NCBI GenBank assembly: GCA_949358305.1
Contig: OX442314.1
Coordinates: 31,310,001 to 31,374,000, forward strand
Reading direction: 5' to 3'
Origin: Strigamia acuminata
Lineage: Eukaryota
Length of the DNA stretch: 64,000 bases
Shown: positions 51,554 through 64,000 of the stretch, in pieces
Layout: each line of letters begins with the position of its first letter
How positions within the stretch are numbered: the stretch's first letter is position 1
Translations under genes and position numbers: made by a program
The notes under the pieces: generated by a model
What the model saw: the letters and a program-made list of their open reading frames with translations, nothing else
The model's database searches: none
What the model was told of the DNA's origin: nothing

Positions 51554-52167
51554 TCATTGATCGGTTGCAAATGAGGCTGATGTAGCCGCAGAAAGTGTCG
51601 CAGATGTAGGATCTGCGGGCAAAATATGCTGAAGGGAATATAAATCGTCCTTTAGTTTGGTCGTTAAAAGAAATTGTTTGGCCCTATCATCAGGGTGATA
51701 AATGGACATTTGGCCATTCGCGGCTGCAAAATGCAGTCCGGCTCGATCGATCTTCGACAAACTCACCAAATTACGCGAGAAAGCGAGGACATGCAAAACA
51801 TTACGCATAGTCATGGGAAAATCAGACCCCCCTGCGCCGCTACGGCCATCTCGCAACACCACATCTCCAATACCACTCACTCGAGAACGACCTTCACCTA
51901 AAATGATGAAATAATTGGAGACTGGCTTGTAATTGATGAAATGATCACGATTTGAACACACATGGTTGGAAGATCTCGAATCGATGTGCCACTCATTCGA
52001 TGAAGCCGAAGACACATTCGATTCAGATCGCGCGAAGAAATTTTGAGTCCGGTGACCACGTTTGAAGAAACAGTGGTTGTTTGCGGAGCACCACCCCCAC
52101 GTCCATGCTTGCGGTTGCGCGAATTCGAGCGTTGACCACGATTAGCGGATGGGGCGGAAGAGGCAAC
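51554..52167 (-). pseudogene. Ty1/copia protease region (3' part of the interrupted element; truncated before integrase)
   Basis: WHIDSRSSNHVC (like WxxDSGASxH), NVLHV..FSRNLVSLSKIDRAG and DDLYSL. Confidence 0.85.
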
Positions 52168-52636
52168 TGTGAAAATCCCAAATTTGTAAATGTTAAAAGT
52201 TCTCTTTTTGATGTAAATCCAGTTGGCTCAGGTTTCGAAATTCTCTAAGTTCTTTTTCAGTGTGTGAATACAAATAAATTCTAACTGCTCAACAAGAGCA
52301 GTCCTGCTTGGGTAAAGTGAAAATTTGTACTGGTTTATTTTCGTTGAAAAACGTTGTAAAATACATGAGATAATTAGTTCTTGGAAACAAGAACAAAACA
52401 TACAAAAATAATTAGTTCTCGGAAAATGAGAACAAAAACTCAAAAAGGTCACAGACCCAAAACAATGCAAAAGCGTCACCACATCTGGTGAAAATTAGAA
52501 ACAACAAAACTCTGGTTTTTCCTTCAAAAATTCACAGAAGACAATTAAAACAGATTATAACAAAATCCAAATATTCCCAACACCAATTCAATATAAAATT
52601 CAACAATCAATCAAAATCAAATTATTTAATAAAACA

Positions 52637-55600
52637 CTAGTTTTCACACTGGGGGGGGGGGGGGTCGGATTTATCTCCGTCAGTTTCATCGTGTGACTCT
52701 AACAAACACACTCTCTGAATCGGTCGTCGCAGTTTTTTGCCATTAGAGAGTCTAATCTCACATGACCTTATTCTATTGTCCCTCCCTGGAAACACCTGAG
52801 TTACTTGCCCCATCATCCAGACTGCTCGTGGTTGATTCTCGTCCTGAATGAGAACGACATCATCAACCTTCAACTCAGTCTGAACGCGAGCCGACTTAAA
52901 ATTTCTAAGTTTATTTAAATATTCTTTGTGCCAACGTGACCAAAGGTGTTTAAGCAATTTTTCACGTAATTTCCACCGTTTCAGGAGTCCAACTTCAAAT
53001 TTATCCAAAGATTTCTCTTCAAGCAGGTGTGTATTGGGAAGGGTTATGTGTCGTCGGCCGACCAAAAAATGGGAAGGGGTGAGGGGCTCCCTCTCGTTAG
53101 CATCGCTGTATACATAAGAAATGGGCCTCGAATTTATCATGGCTTCAGTTTCACATAAAAACGTAGTTAATTCCTCAAAATTAAGAACTCTACGACCCAA
53201 AATTTTCTTTAAACATATCTTAACGGTCCCAACCATTCATTCCCAATAGCCTCCCCACCACGCTGCTCGTTCAACAATAAATTTCCAAACAATTCTATTT
53301 TTTGAAAGAAAATCACCTATTTTTTCTCTTCTCACGGAATTTATCAACATCTTAAGTTCTATGTCTGCCCTTTTGAACGTCTTGGCGTTGTCGGAATAGA
53401 TGACGGCAGGAACACATCTTCTCGCGAAAAATCGTCTCATCGCCATCATAAAATCCTCCACGTTCATTGTCGACACCAACTCCAAATGTAATGCCCTCGT
53501 CACTGCACACGTTATAACCAAAATATAACATTTGGATCCTGTTCGTTGGAAAAGTGGGCCCGCAAAATCGATTCCCACGATTTGGAATGGATCAGCTTTT
53601 TTTGTTCGGTCCATTGGTAGTGGTGCCTCGATTTGTTTCATCAATCGCCCCTGCACTTTTCTACAAATGAAACAAAATTTGATTAATTTTTTCACGTGCG
53701 AACGCGCACGCGGGAACCAGAATCGCTGTCGTATTTCCGCCAATGTGTCGCCGAGGCCGCCATGAAACACCTTTTCGTGAGCGTCTCTCACGATGAGCTT
53801 GGTGGCCCAATGTCCGTTTGGCATCACCCATGGTCCTATGGCACCGCCATAAATCTCACCTCAGTCGACTCTGGGTCTAATATGCATCAACGAATCACCA
53901 TCCAGTGCACAATCGACTTGGTTCAACACCGACTCTTTTTCGATGTTTTTTCCTGCTTTTAACGCCCCCACTTCTTCGTATAGCTTGTATAGTCTTTATC
54001 CAATATTTCTCTGCTGTGGTCAGTTCGTCAATTGTCAATGATGACCCATCGTTTTCTCCTTTTTTTAAGTTTGATATAAATCTTCTCACCCATCCGGTCA
54101 CGCGCAGCAACTTCGACCACGAACTGTACGGTTTCGGGTTGAAAATCATTTCGATTGTTTGTGCAGTGTTGACAGTCAAAATGCTCGTGTGTTCCTCAGC
54201 TTCGATGTCCTCGAATTCGGGGTCGATATCGTTTTGTGGCCAGTGTTCCTCGCTCTCGGACAGCCACTTCGGTCCCCGCCACCATGTTTGATCGTCCAGC
54301 AGCTGTTGGGCGTCGATTCCTCGGGTCAGCAGGTCCGCAGGATTTTCCTTGGCGGGGATGTGTCGCCATTCCATTTGTGGCGCGTTGCTCTGGATTTCCT
54401 CGACTCGTCTGGATACGAATGGAATTGTCCTGCTGCTTCCTCGTTTGAGCCATGACAACACTATTGTCGAATCTGTCCAGCATATGGTTCGCGAAGCCGG
54501 CAACTCGGTCAACTTCCTTACCAATCTGGACGACAAGAGCGCTCCCATCAACTCAAGTCGGGGCAAGGTGATGGTCTTTACTGGCGCGATCCTAGACTTT
54601 GAGAGGACGAAACAAGTTTCAAAATTATCAACTTTGCCCACTCTAGTGTAAATCACTACACTGTAGGCGAGTGGGCTGGCGTCACAAAATATATGTATTT
54701 CTACATTTGAACAGTCACTGTCGAAGCCCGTCCAACGTGGCACTTTAATTTGTTCTAAAGTCGGGATCTGACATTTCCATTCTTCCCATTTCTTGGCTTC
54801 TTCATTTGGCAGTTTTTTATCCCAATCTATTTTCAGGCGCCACAGACTTTGAAAAATTAGCTTCCTCGTAACACTGAATGGACTGGCGAACCCCAACGGA
54901 TCGAATATGCTGGCCACCACTTGTATCACATTTCTTTTTGTGATTTGCTCCACTTTCATTTTTTCTAAAAGTTCGCCCATTTCAAGTGTCAACACGTCTA
55001 ACATCAAGTCCCAAACCAATCCTAAAACTTTTGTTGATTGTTTTTCACTGCTCGTCGACGAGGTCATCTTTTCTCGCACCTGTGTCGAATTGGTTATCCA
55101 CTTGGTTAGTTCCATGTTGGCCTTCTTTAAAATTTCTGCGACCTTGTAACATGTTTTCGTCAACGCCGCCTCATCGTGATTACTATTAATAAAGTCATCG
55201 ACGTAAAATCGCAATAATACTTGCAAAACAGTTTCTGGATATTGTTCAACGAATTTCATGAGATGTTCGCGTATTGTCGCATTCAACAGGAAGGGGCTTG
55301 GTGTGGCCCCAAATAATACACGAGTTTGCCTCAAAATTCGCAACTTCAATGGTCCTTTGCCGTCCCACTCGTCACACAACCAAAAAAATCGCAAGCAGTC
55401 TCTGTCGTCCAAGTGGATCCCGATTTGATGAAACGCCTTAACGATGTCGCCAACAGCTGCATAAATGTAAGCTCTAAAATGTATTAGCATGTCAATTATT
55501 TCGGGTAGCAGGTTGGGGACGGTGAATAAGCAGTCGTTTAATGATTTGCTTCTCGCTCCTCGTGATGATGCGTCGCACACGCGACGCAGCTTCGTCGTTT

Positions 55601-57878
55601 CCCGCTGCTCACGTATCACGGGGCTGTGTGGAAGATAATAGCAACGATTTTGGACCGTTTCGCTCGGCACGTCCTCCACGATTCCCTCGGCGATTTGATT
55701 ATTAATCACTTCCCGATATTTTTCATATAACTCCGGATCCCTTTTGAACTTACGGACCAAATTCCAGAAGCGACGAAGGGCGATAGTATAATTGTCGTCA
55801 AGTTCGTCCTTTGAGACTAGCCATGGCAATCGAACCTCGTAGCGGACGCCGTTCCATTTCAACGATCGTTTGAATTCTTCTAGCGCTTGTAAATCCTCGT
55901 CCAGCTTTCCTGTGTTGGTTTTGTGCAGTATGCCGATGGCGTCCAGCTCCCAGAACTTCTGTAATTGTAAGTCTATTTTTTCTTCAATTTTTGATAAATT
56001 TACCGGAATGATCATGCATTTTTCTTTTTCTTCAATTTCGTTATTAGAGCCATGAATGGTCCATCCAAACATGGTCTCTAATCCTACCAGCCCTGGCCCC
56101 AGTCTCTCCACTCGACCGCTCATAATTTTCCAGAAATAGTCTGTACCCACCAAAATAGATACATCATCGTGTCGGACTTGATTTTGTTCGACATTCAGTT
56201 TGATTCCGTGCTTTTTCAGCATTGTTTGCACGTTGCCGTCTGTCTGTTTGACCACTGAGCTGGTGATCCAGGGCACCACAATGGCCTGCACCTCAATTCG
56301 ATTGTCATCATCGTCTCGTGCGCGCAGGGTTACTCACACGTGTTTGCGTTGTACAGGTGTGGGCTCCCGCTGACCAAAGGGCACAATGTTCATTGTCGTT
56401 TCTCCAATTTCACGCGCGTTTAATTCCCTCGACAGTCGCTCGGTTATGAATGTCCTATGACTTCCCCCGTCAAAAAAACATTGCACTGTTTTCCTCCTCT
56501 CGTCCGACTCGACGTCGACCATTAGGACCTGAAAGTACAAATCTTTTTGATTATTTCCCAGCACGGCTGTTGTTTTAACTTCTTCCACGTCGTCGTCCTC
56601 GCATAATTGGGTGTGGTGACGTCTGTTGCACTTCCCGGATTTTATTTTTGCCGTGCATTTGGGCACACGATGCCCCTTGTCGAGGCACAGAAAACAGCGA
56701 CCTGCGCTCATTAAGTTCCTTCTTTTCTTGTGGGGCAGCAACGGGCAAACTTCGCTGGTGTGCTCGTCGACCTCACAAAAAACACATGCATCTGCGCGAA
56801 TGGTGAGTGCGTTGACCGATGGCAAGGTCGTCTTCTTTTTTACCCATTCTGTGCTTTTGTTGAAGGGGGGTCGGCTAGTTTTCTTCTCCTCTTGGCTAGG
56901 CTCTTTGCTGTAACTGTTGACGGTTGCCGTTCGTTCTCTCAAGCCAATCTGCTTATTTAAGTACACGAGGAAGGCCTTGATGTCCGTCTCGTCGTCATTC
57001 TCCCCCTGCGCGAACCCCATCGATATGAAATCCGGCACGGCGGCCATTAACTTTGGACATAACAAGGCGCCAAACGTAGCCACATCCACCTCCAAATTTT
57101 CCAGGCTCCTTACGTGCAATTCGCACTCATCATATAATTTTCGTAGTGCTATTAAGTCGCTAATTTTCTTCACCGCTTGCACTTTTTCTATCGCTCGCAA
57201 ATGCGCATTCACAACCACATTTTTTTTGCCAAAGCGGTTGGTTAATAATTGTCTAGCCGTCTCGTAGTTCTCATCAGTCGGGTTGAGTCCCGCGACCACG
57301 CTGGCTGCTGGGCCCTCCAGAAATGTTTTTAAATATACGAGTTTGGCCTTAGGAGTGAGTTTCTTGCTCCCACCAATTCCAATTTCAAAGTTACTCCAAA
57401 AATCGTACCATTGTGTCGGGTTCCCTCCATATTTTTGCATATTAATTGTAGGAAGTTTTATAGAACCTGCATCCTGCTCTTCGTTGACCGGTGGCGGCAC
57501 GGCTGGCGGCGGCAAATGGACTTGAACCTGGGCAGCGATCTGGGCCGTGATGGCCTGTTGATTGAGCAGCATCTGGGCGGCGATTGCATCTTCTAATTTT
57601 TTTTGGTTGGCGGCCGCTGTCGCCTCGTTTGCTTGTCCCATCTCGGCTTGTCGTATTTCGTCCGCGTGCTGCACCAAGTCCTCCATTTGGTCTATCAGGC
57701 GTTCCTGGTAGATGTCCGCTGTTTCCTGGTCGGCCGTGGCTTCATTGTCGTCGGTGATCAACCCACTTATTTTTTCGTCCAAACTTGCCAAAATGTCTTT
57801 TTTGGCAAGGAGTTGGGCCCTGTGTCGCGCCAACTTCTTCAAATCTACGGGTGCCTCAACGAGTAGGCCTTTCAACAC
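52637..57878 (-). pseudogene. BEL/Pao gag-pol (gag, protease, RT, RNase H, integrase), disrupted
   Basis: KLPTI...WYDFW..F, triple Cys-His knuckles, FDGGSHRTFI, YYLPHSPV, FYVDD, FCDAS, NPADLLTRG, GIDFAGP, IYSDNA, WWGGYWE. Three in-frame TGA stops and one frameshift near 53980. Confidence 0.95.
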
Positions 57879-57922
57879 TCACGTTCTTGACACAAATTTT
57901 TCAGGTCCGGGTTATATTACTT

Positions 57923-57940
57923 TCCCGGGTTTCGGCACCA
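57923..57940 (-). promoter_or_regulatory. Primer binding site, tRNA-Phe
   Basis: TGGTGCCGAAACCCGGGA lies directly after the 5' LTR and is complementary to the tRNA-Phe 3' end. Confidence 0.9.
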
Positions 57941-58421
57941 TGTGAAAATCCCAAATTTGTAAATGTTAAAAGTTCTCTTTTTGATGTAAATCCAGTTGGC
58001 TCAGGTTTCGAAATTCTCTAAGTTCTTTTTCAGTGTGTGAATACAAATAAATTCTAACTGCTCAACAAGAGCAGTTCTGCTTGGGTAAAGTGAAAATTTG
58101 TACTGGTTTATTTTCGTTGAAAAACGTTGTAAAATACATGAGATAATTAGTTCTTGGAAACAAGAACAAAACATACAAAAATAATTAGTTCTCGGAAAAT
58201 GAGAACAAAAAGTCAAAAAGGTCACAGACCCAAAACAATGCAAAAGCGTCACCACATCTGGTGAAAATTAGAAACAACAAAACTCGGGTTTTTCCTTCAA
58301 AAATTCACAGAAGACAATTAAAACAGATTATAACAAAATCCAAATATTCCCAACACCAATTCAATATAAAATTCAACAATCAATCAAAATCAAATATTTT
58401 AATAAAACACTAGTTTTCACA

Positions 58422-59154
58422 GCAACGTCCTGGACTCGGGGTTTGGGGCACTTGTTTGCATAATGTCCCATTTCCTTGCAATTAAAGCACTGAATCTGTG
58501 ACAAGGGCTTGAAAACGAACTTGCTGACTGTAAACTAATCGATGATCCCGTATCTGCACTCTTCATCTTCAATCGATTAAATTCTGAGAGAAGATGGTCG
58601 GTGACTCCCTTTAATGTGAAATCCGCGGCGGACCAATGATAAATCGTTTGCACAGTCGCCTCATACGAATCCGGTAATAAATCCAAAAGTTGATAAGCGA
58701 CATCCGAATCCGAAAATGTGACCTTTAAGTCCGCCAAAACAGCACGGGCTTTGATGACCCGACTTATGAAAACGGACATGTTTTCATTCGGAAGCAAACG
58801 CATCATTAGGAAATCTCGGCGGAGTTTAGCGATTCGGGCACGAGAAGTTTGTTGAAATGTCGCTTTTAATGTGACCCACGCATCGCGTGCGGAGTCTGAA
58901 GCGAGAAGAATGTCCTGATATTGGGACTCGACAAATAAGCCAAGCAAGGCTTTTGCACGCTTTGAACGGTCGTGAAGCTGTTTTCGAGGCTGGTCCCACG
59001 TATCGTCTTTAACTGGAGGTTTGTCCGAGATGAAGTCATCTACTCCTTTTTCCAAGAATAGGAACTGGATATTCCGTGACCAGGACTCATAATTATCGGA
59101 ATTTAGCCGCAGAATCGAGAAATGGTGCATGGTTGCCTTGTCGGATTCTGCCAT
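58422..59154 (-). pseudogene. gag: Ty1/copia gag (5' part of the interrupted element)
   Basis: LNSDNYESWS, SARDAWVTLK..F and LL..LPDSYE. The CCHC knuckle CFNCKEMGHYANKC is in a shifted frame near 58450-58495. Confidence 0.9.
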
Positions 59155-59300
59155 GTCGAATCGTATCGATGAGCGGTTTTGTAGAGCGGTGTATTGCGAA
59201 AAATGTCAGTCGCAGCGAGGAAAAATTCGCAATTACGCGCAAGGGAACCGTTGACGATGTTCGAAGCGGGTATCCAACAAATGGGCTTTACAGGTTAGTA

Positions 59301-60484
59301 AAGTGTAGGCTGCGTAGCCCGGACATAGGACGGGACCCAGAAACTTGTCCGGTCCGGACAATGTCCATTCTGTAGGGCATATACACTCTCTGGTCCGGAC
59401 AATGTCCATTCTGTAGGGCATATACACTCTCTGGTCTGGACAATGTCCATTCTGTAGGGCATATACACTCTCTGGTCTGGACAAATGCCACATGTTCGGA
59501 CTAGAGAGTTAAAGAAAATCAATTTCTGCTACATTAACCCTTCCAACCCTGAGATGGGTCATTTTGTGACCTCGTTTTAAAAAAATCATTTTTTTTATAA
59601 GAAATAATTTTTTTTTTATCTGATTTTTGCTGAATATTCCTTTGAAACATCACTAGACACGATACCACAGTTGAAATTTTTTTAATTTTTTAAGTTTTTC
59701 TATAATTTGAACTCAAAGTTCAACTGGGTCAAAAAAGACCCATCTTAGGAGTCCAAAGGTCATAAATGATGATCATCAGCAGGCTCCGCTAATGTCAATC
59801 ATGTCCACCACGTCCATATGGCGTTCACTACATGTGTAGTTAATCTAACCCCATTGGCTAGATGTTAGGAATTCCCTAAAACCCGGATCTTGCGCATGCA
59901 CAGAATCTGGGTCATATAATGCCCATCTTAGGGAGAGATGGGAGGCAAATTCTTTCGGGTTGGAAGGGTTAAAACAATTCAAAAATGCTGATTTTCTAAT
60001 GAAACAAATTAGAAAAAGAAGTAAAAACACTAAAATTTTAATGAAATTTTAATTTATTGCAGGGTTCACAAGAGTTGGAAAAGGAAATTTGCATAAAGGT
60101 ACCGTTGCGCCATGTGCACATATGTTACGTTCATGTCCACGTTCGTGAACACATGCAACAGTACCTTTTCCAACCTTTTTCAACCTTTTCCAACCCTTGT
60201 AAACGTGCAATAAATTAAATTTTTATTTAAATTTTAGTGTTTTTAATTTGGTTTCTAATTTGTTTCATTAGAAAATCGGCATTTTTGGTTTTTGTCCGGA
60301 CTACACAGCGATTTTTGCCTATACGGGACGCATCGCTTGGTCCGGATTCCGGAAGGGGGAGCTGTCCAGACCACAGAGCAAATTTAGGATTGCTCCTGAT
60401 TGGTTGGGTCCGGGCCCCGGCAAACTTGTCCAGACCACACAGCTGTCCGGTCGGTACTATGTCCGGGCTACGCAGCCTACACTG
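59301..60484. mobile_element. Tc1-like non-autonomous element with internal 41-bp repeats and a hairpin
   Basis: 27-bp TIR AGTGTAGGCTGCGTAGCCCGGACATAG with TA flanks, 41-bp repeat x3 at 59351-59482, internal inverted repeat ~59980-60286. Confidence 0.8.
59538..59968. mobile_element. piggyBac-type MITE nested in the Tc1-like element
   Basis: TTAA|CCCTTCCAACCC...GGGTTGGAAGGG|TTAA. Confidence 0.88.
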
Positions 60485-60755
60485 TAGTTAACCCGTCTAA
60501 ACAGTGGCCGTTTAGGAGTTGTCGGGAAATAATGGCCCTGTGGCCCCCGGATACCCCACTGTCGGGCGCAGCAAAAAAATACAATGGTCAAAGTGCAATG
60601 ACCAAGGAAAGGAATTAAATCTGCAAGAATAATCAAATTCTTGCAAAAATAATCCCAGGATCCTAAACTGGGTCCCCCAAAAGAACTTAAATGTAACAAT
60701 ATAATTTCGACAGGGAAGGCGAAAAAAATGAGAAATTTGAGAAAATAAAAGAGGT

Positions 60756-61306
60756 TAGGGTTTTGGTACCGGGAAACCGGGGTACCGATTTACCGGGGAT
60801 CCCGTTGAGAAATCACGGTACCGGGAACCGGGAAATTGGAGCAAAAACCGGTTCCGTCAAAAATTCGTTGCTAAAACGTCATTTTCGTCATTGAAACGTT
60901 ACATTTTGTAACGTTTCAATGATGAAAATGGCTACAAATGGTCATTGTTAACAAAAGATGGTTTGAAATAGTCATTTTTTATCAAAAACTGCCATTTTTA
61001 ACGGAAAATGGCTATTTTTCACGAAAATCGGGCATTCTTGATCAAAAACTGCCATTTTTGACGGAAAACGGCCATTCTTGACGAAATATGGCCACTTTTG
61101 ATAAAAAAAATGGCCATTTTTACAATGAAAAATGGCTAGAAATGGCTAAAAATGGCCATTTTTGACAAAAAACGGTCATTTTTTGTCATTTTTCGTCGCC
61201 TCTCGCCTTTTTTTTTTGGTCCCGGGAGTACCGATTTCCCGGGAGTACCGGCTATTTTGGTACCGGGAACCGGGAATTCTAAAAAGGCGGGAAAACAGAA
61301 ACCCTA
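60756..61306. mobile_element. hAT-type MITE
   Basis: TAGGGTTT...AAACCCTA ends, 8-bp TSD AAAGAGGT, subterminal ACCGGGA repeats. Confidence 0.88.
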
Positions 61307-62331
61307 AAAGAGGTGAATTAAACACAATTCACAGTCGATTCGCTGTTGCGCACTCCGGGGTGCGAATAAATTGCGGTAAAATCCTCGCAAAAATTGGCTG
61401 GCAAACGTCTGCCACTTCGTACAAGTCGTACGGTTATTTATCAAGTTGAAAATCGATGAAATCTGGAAAAATAATACAGAAATGTCACTCAAAAGTTCAA
61501 ATACAGTTAAATAACGCTGGGAATCGACGGAAATGTCCGCACAATGAATCAAAACGTTGAAAATCGTCGTGGCATACACACGGCCGCCTCGTGTTCGTGT
61601 TCGTACTCCGAGCGAACACGGGAAAATCACGACGAAAAGTACACAAAAATCGACGAAAACACTCACTAATCGCGTAAATAACACGCATAATCCAAAGCAC
61701 AAGTAGATTCCGGTCGAACACGCACGAAAACTCGGTGAAAAACGACGAACTCGGCGCATCGCGATTAGGCACTTTGGCGGCGATCATCGGCAAAAATTGA
61801 CGTAAATAAATTCCGAAAATTACTCACACTTGCTGAATAAAGCCTGCAGAACACCCACGAAAATTTGCAGCGTTGAAAACCGATGCAAAACGGTGAAAAA
61901 CCATCAAAATCGTCGGGCGAGCGGGCGAGAAGATGCGAGGTCGGCCATTTTGTCCAGAAGCATGCAGTGGATAAGCGACGAGCAGTGTCGTCTCGGATCA
62001 ATGACAGCTCTCAAAAGCAACAAATTCGAACTTACAGCGATGAAATACACCTTAGTCCTCTGCTACCATGTTGTATTTAGGGAAGATAAGAAGCAAAAGT
62101 GGTAAAATCCATCAGGAGTTTTATTCACATGCACTTGGGTGAAAAACAGAAAACGTAAGCAATCATAAGCAATGATAAAACGAGATACAGAGTCGGGTTA
62201 ATGGAAATCCCGACGACACAGTCTAAACTATACAAAACTATGGGATCTCATATGATCCATTCGGAAACGATGTTTACAAAATAAGAAACACATAAATATC
62301 AAACATTAATGCAAACATCGAGAATAAACAA

Positions 62332-63600
62332 CTATAAATCAATCTCGGGGAACAAAAAGGCCAACAGTTCTCCCATATCATCTACTTCCTGTACCAATCT
62401 CGCTGTTGGCCTCGTTGGTATTTTTGGAGGAGGATGTGGCGTTTGTCCACTGTCTTGGTTTCTATTACCGCTATTATCTGGCCTGCTATCGCAGTAATTC
62501 GTCAAGAGCTCTCTGCTCTTCTGGTGGCAAATACTTTGCATAGCGATCATCAATATACATCTAATTATCACGCATGAATTGGGTTAATTTCTCGAATGAA
62601 CTTGCCATTGGAGCACCCACCATAGTCAATACCTTTTCAGAGAATTCTGTTAGTCCCAGTCGAATTTGTCTATCTGCTGGGAAATCGCCAACATTATTCC
62701 GTTTGATGCAAATATGACCGCAGATTCTCTTCCAGCATCTATTGCAGATTATCCCAGTAGCTTACGAGGGTTGCATGCAATTCGCCATATTCTTTCATGA
62801 ATTCTCTGACAAAAGCATCCCAATGCGGAAATTGGTGTTCATAAAACCAATTTGCGGCTCCTCCTGTCAGCATCTTGATAGGCTTGTAGGCGCCGGACAT
62901 CAACGAAAAGGAACTGACACTCGATTTAAACGGTGCGGGAACTCGCATTATGCGACCGCCATCTTTATTCATCGTGATGAAGAGAGAGAACATAAAAGCG
63001 CACCTCTTTCGAGGCTACAAAGCTTAAAGGTAGAACAAATCATTGTTAACAAGCAATGATTTGTCCTTTACATGATAAACAATAAAGGAGGAGCAAATAA
63101 TCGATAAACAACTTAAAAGCAATGGAATAACTAAACGAATATTGCTCATTTGAGCGGACGACGAGAAGGCACATCTTTACAAGTAAATAAACTAGTTGCG
63201 GCACATAACAAGCAAGGTAAAAAAAAAAACGGGATCAACTAGTTTAACTAAGTCACAGCAAAGTAAAGACATGCACGTTGCATTTAGCCATAAATATGCA
63301 ACTAATAAATCTCAAACAGTTGGGCATTTCCCAACACATCTTAGGTATTATCTTTTTTAATGCATCGTAAGGATCTACCTTGTGACATCTAATGACTTGC
63401 ATTACTTCGTCTAGGAATTGTGTTCCTGCAAGCCAAGAACTGTCAAGCATATCTGGGGTTATTCGGTCCCATTTAATTTGACTTGTTGCGGCTTAACAAT
63501 GTATCCAATTTGACGTACAGTACTTCCGAATTTGTTTCTGCAGAACTTCCTCCATTTCTTGTGATCTGGACGGAATTTTTGATAGACGTTTGTCGATCTG
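62332..63600 (-). pseudogene. gag: Decayed gag related to the gag at 1821-4715
   Basis: W.AGTQFLDEV...ALKKIIPKMLTGGAANWFYEHQFPHWDAFVREFMKEYGE...WDNL aligns with WEAGSTLLDEV...ALKRVVPKALIDRAEKWFYSKQFQNWNHFVEEFMTEYGE...WDNL. Confidence 0.85.
62876..63336. mobile_element. Solo LTR (461 bp) inserted in the gag remnant
   Basis: TG...CA ends and 5-bp TSD CATCT. Removing it restores the frame IIPKMLTGG. Confidence 0.88.
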
Positions 63601-64000
63601 CCTTTCAATACAGGGTGGTCAGAAAGTCTGGTTCTATGTAAATAATTCCCAAACTGTTCTAGATGTTGATTCAGCAAAATTATTGTAAGAATAGTATGTC
63701 GGGGGAAATCCAATTATGACATCCAACTTGACCTCAGAGGTCATCTTTAAGGTCATCCACATTGTAACTCGAGAACCGTGACAGATAGAGAGAAAAAGTG
63801 AATCAAAAAGTTGTAGAGGACCATCTAATTAGTCTAGAACTGTTCTTAAAAAAATTATCTCTTACCGAAAAGTTTTGAGAAAAAAAGGTTTGAAATGTTA
63901 GTCTACTCAGCTTTGTAACCTAAAACAATCATGTTGGAATGTATTTCCAAAATAAATTATTTCTTTTCTTTTGTGTTTCCTCTCTTCCACTTACAAGTAT

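Larger units (their letters stand above)
52168..58421 (-). mobile_element. Full-length BEL/Pao LTR retrotransposon
   Basis: 481-bp LTRs (52168-52648, 57941-58421; TGTGAAAA...TTTTCACA) differing at about 5 positions, 5-bp TSD GCAAC, tRNA-Phe PBS. Confidence 0.97.

Noticed and set aside
52926..58021. Many plus-strand ORFs over the BEL element (and over Gypsy gag/pol)
   Set aside because: They are antisense shadows of the real coding frames.

Overview
AT-rich eukaryotic (invertebrate, probably arthropod-like) heterochromatic-type DNA. It is made almost entirely of nested transposons, viral remnants and tandem repeats, and I see no intact conventional host gene. All protein family calls come from motif recognition by eye, not database searches. 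Main contents, left to right: (1) an apparently intact Ty3/Gypsy element (5' LTR, tRNA-Pro PBS, 964-aa gag, -1 frameshift signal, pol running off the window) inserted into a pseudogenised phlebovirus-like Gn/Gc glycoprotein that is followed by a PPT/LTR-like end; (2) four decayed copies of an unknown spliced gene; (3) a 2.3-kb foldback element; (4) a gag-only remnant with repeated structured-RNA motifs; (5) a nairovirus-like nucleoprotein EVE whose empty insertion site survives in a paralogous copy; (6) a compact cassette of a PC4-like gene, a small ORF and a baculovirus-F-type fusogen, with no adjacent gag/pol; (7) a full-length BEL/Pao element nested in a copia element; (8) several MITEs and solo LTRs. 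Nearly all coding remnants lie on the minus strand, which suggests a uni-strand piRNA-cluster-like locus archiving transposon and RNA-virus sequence.
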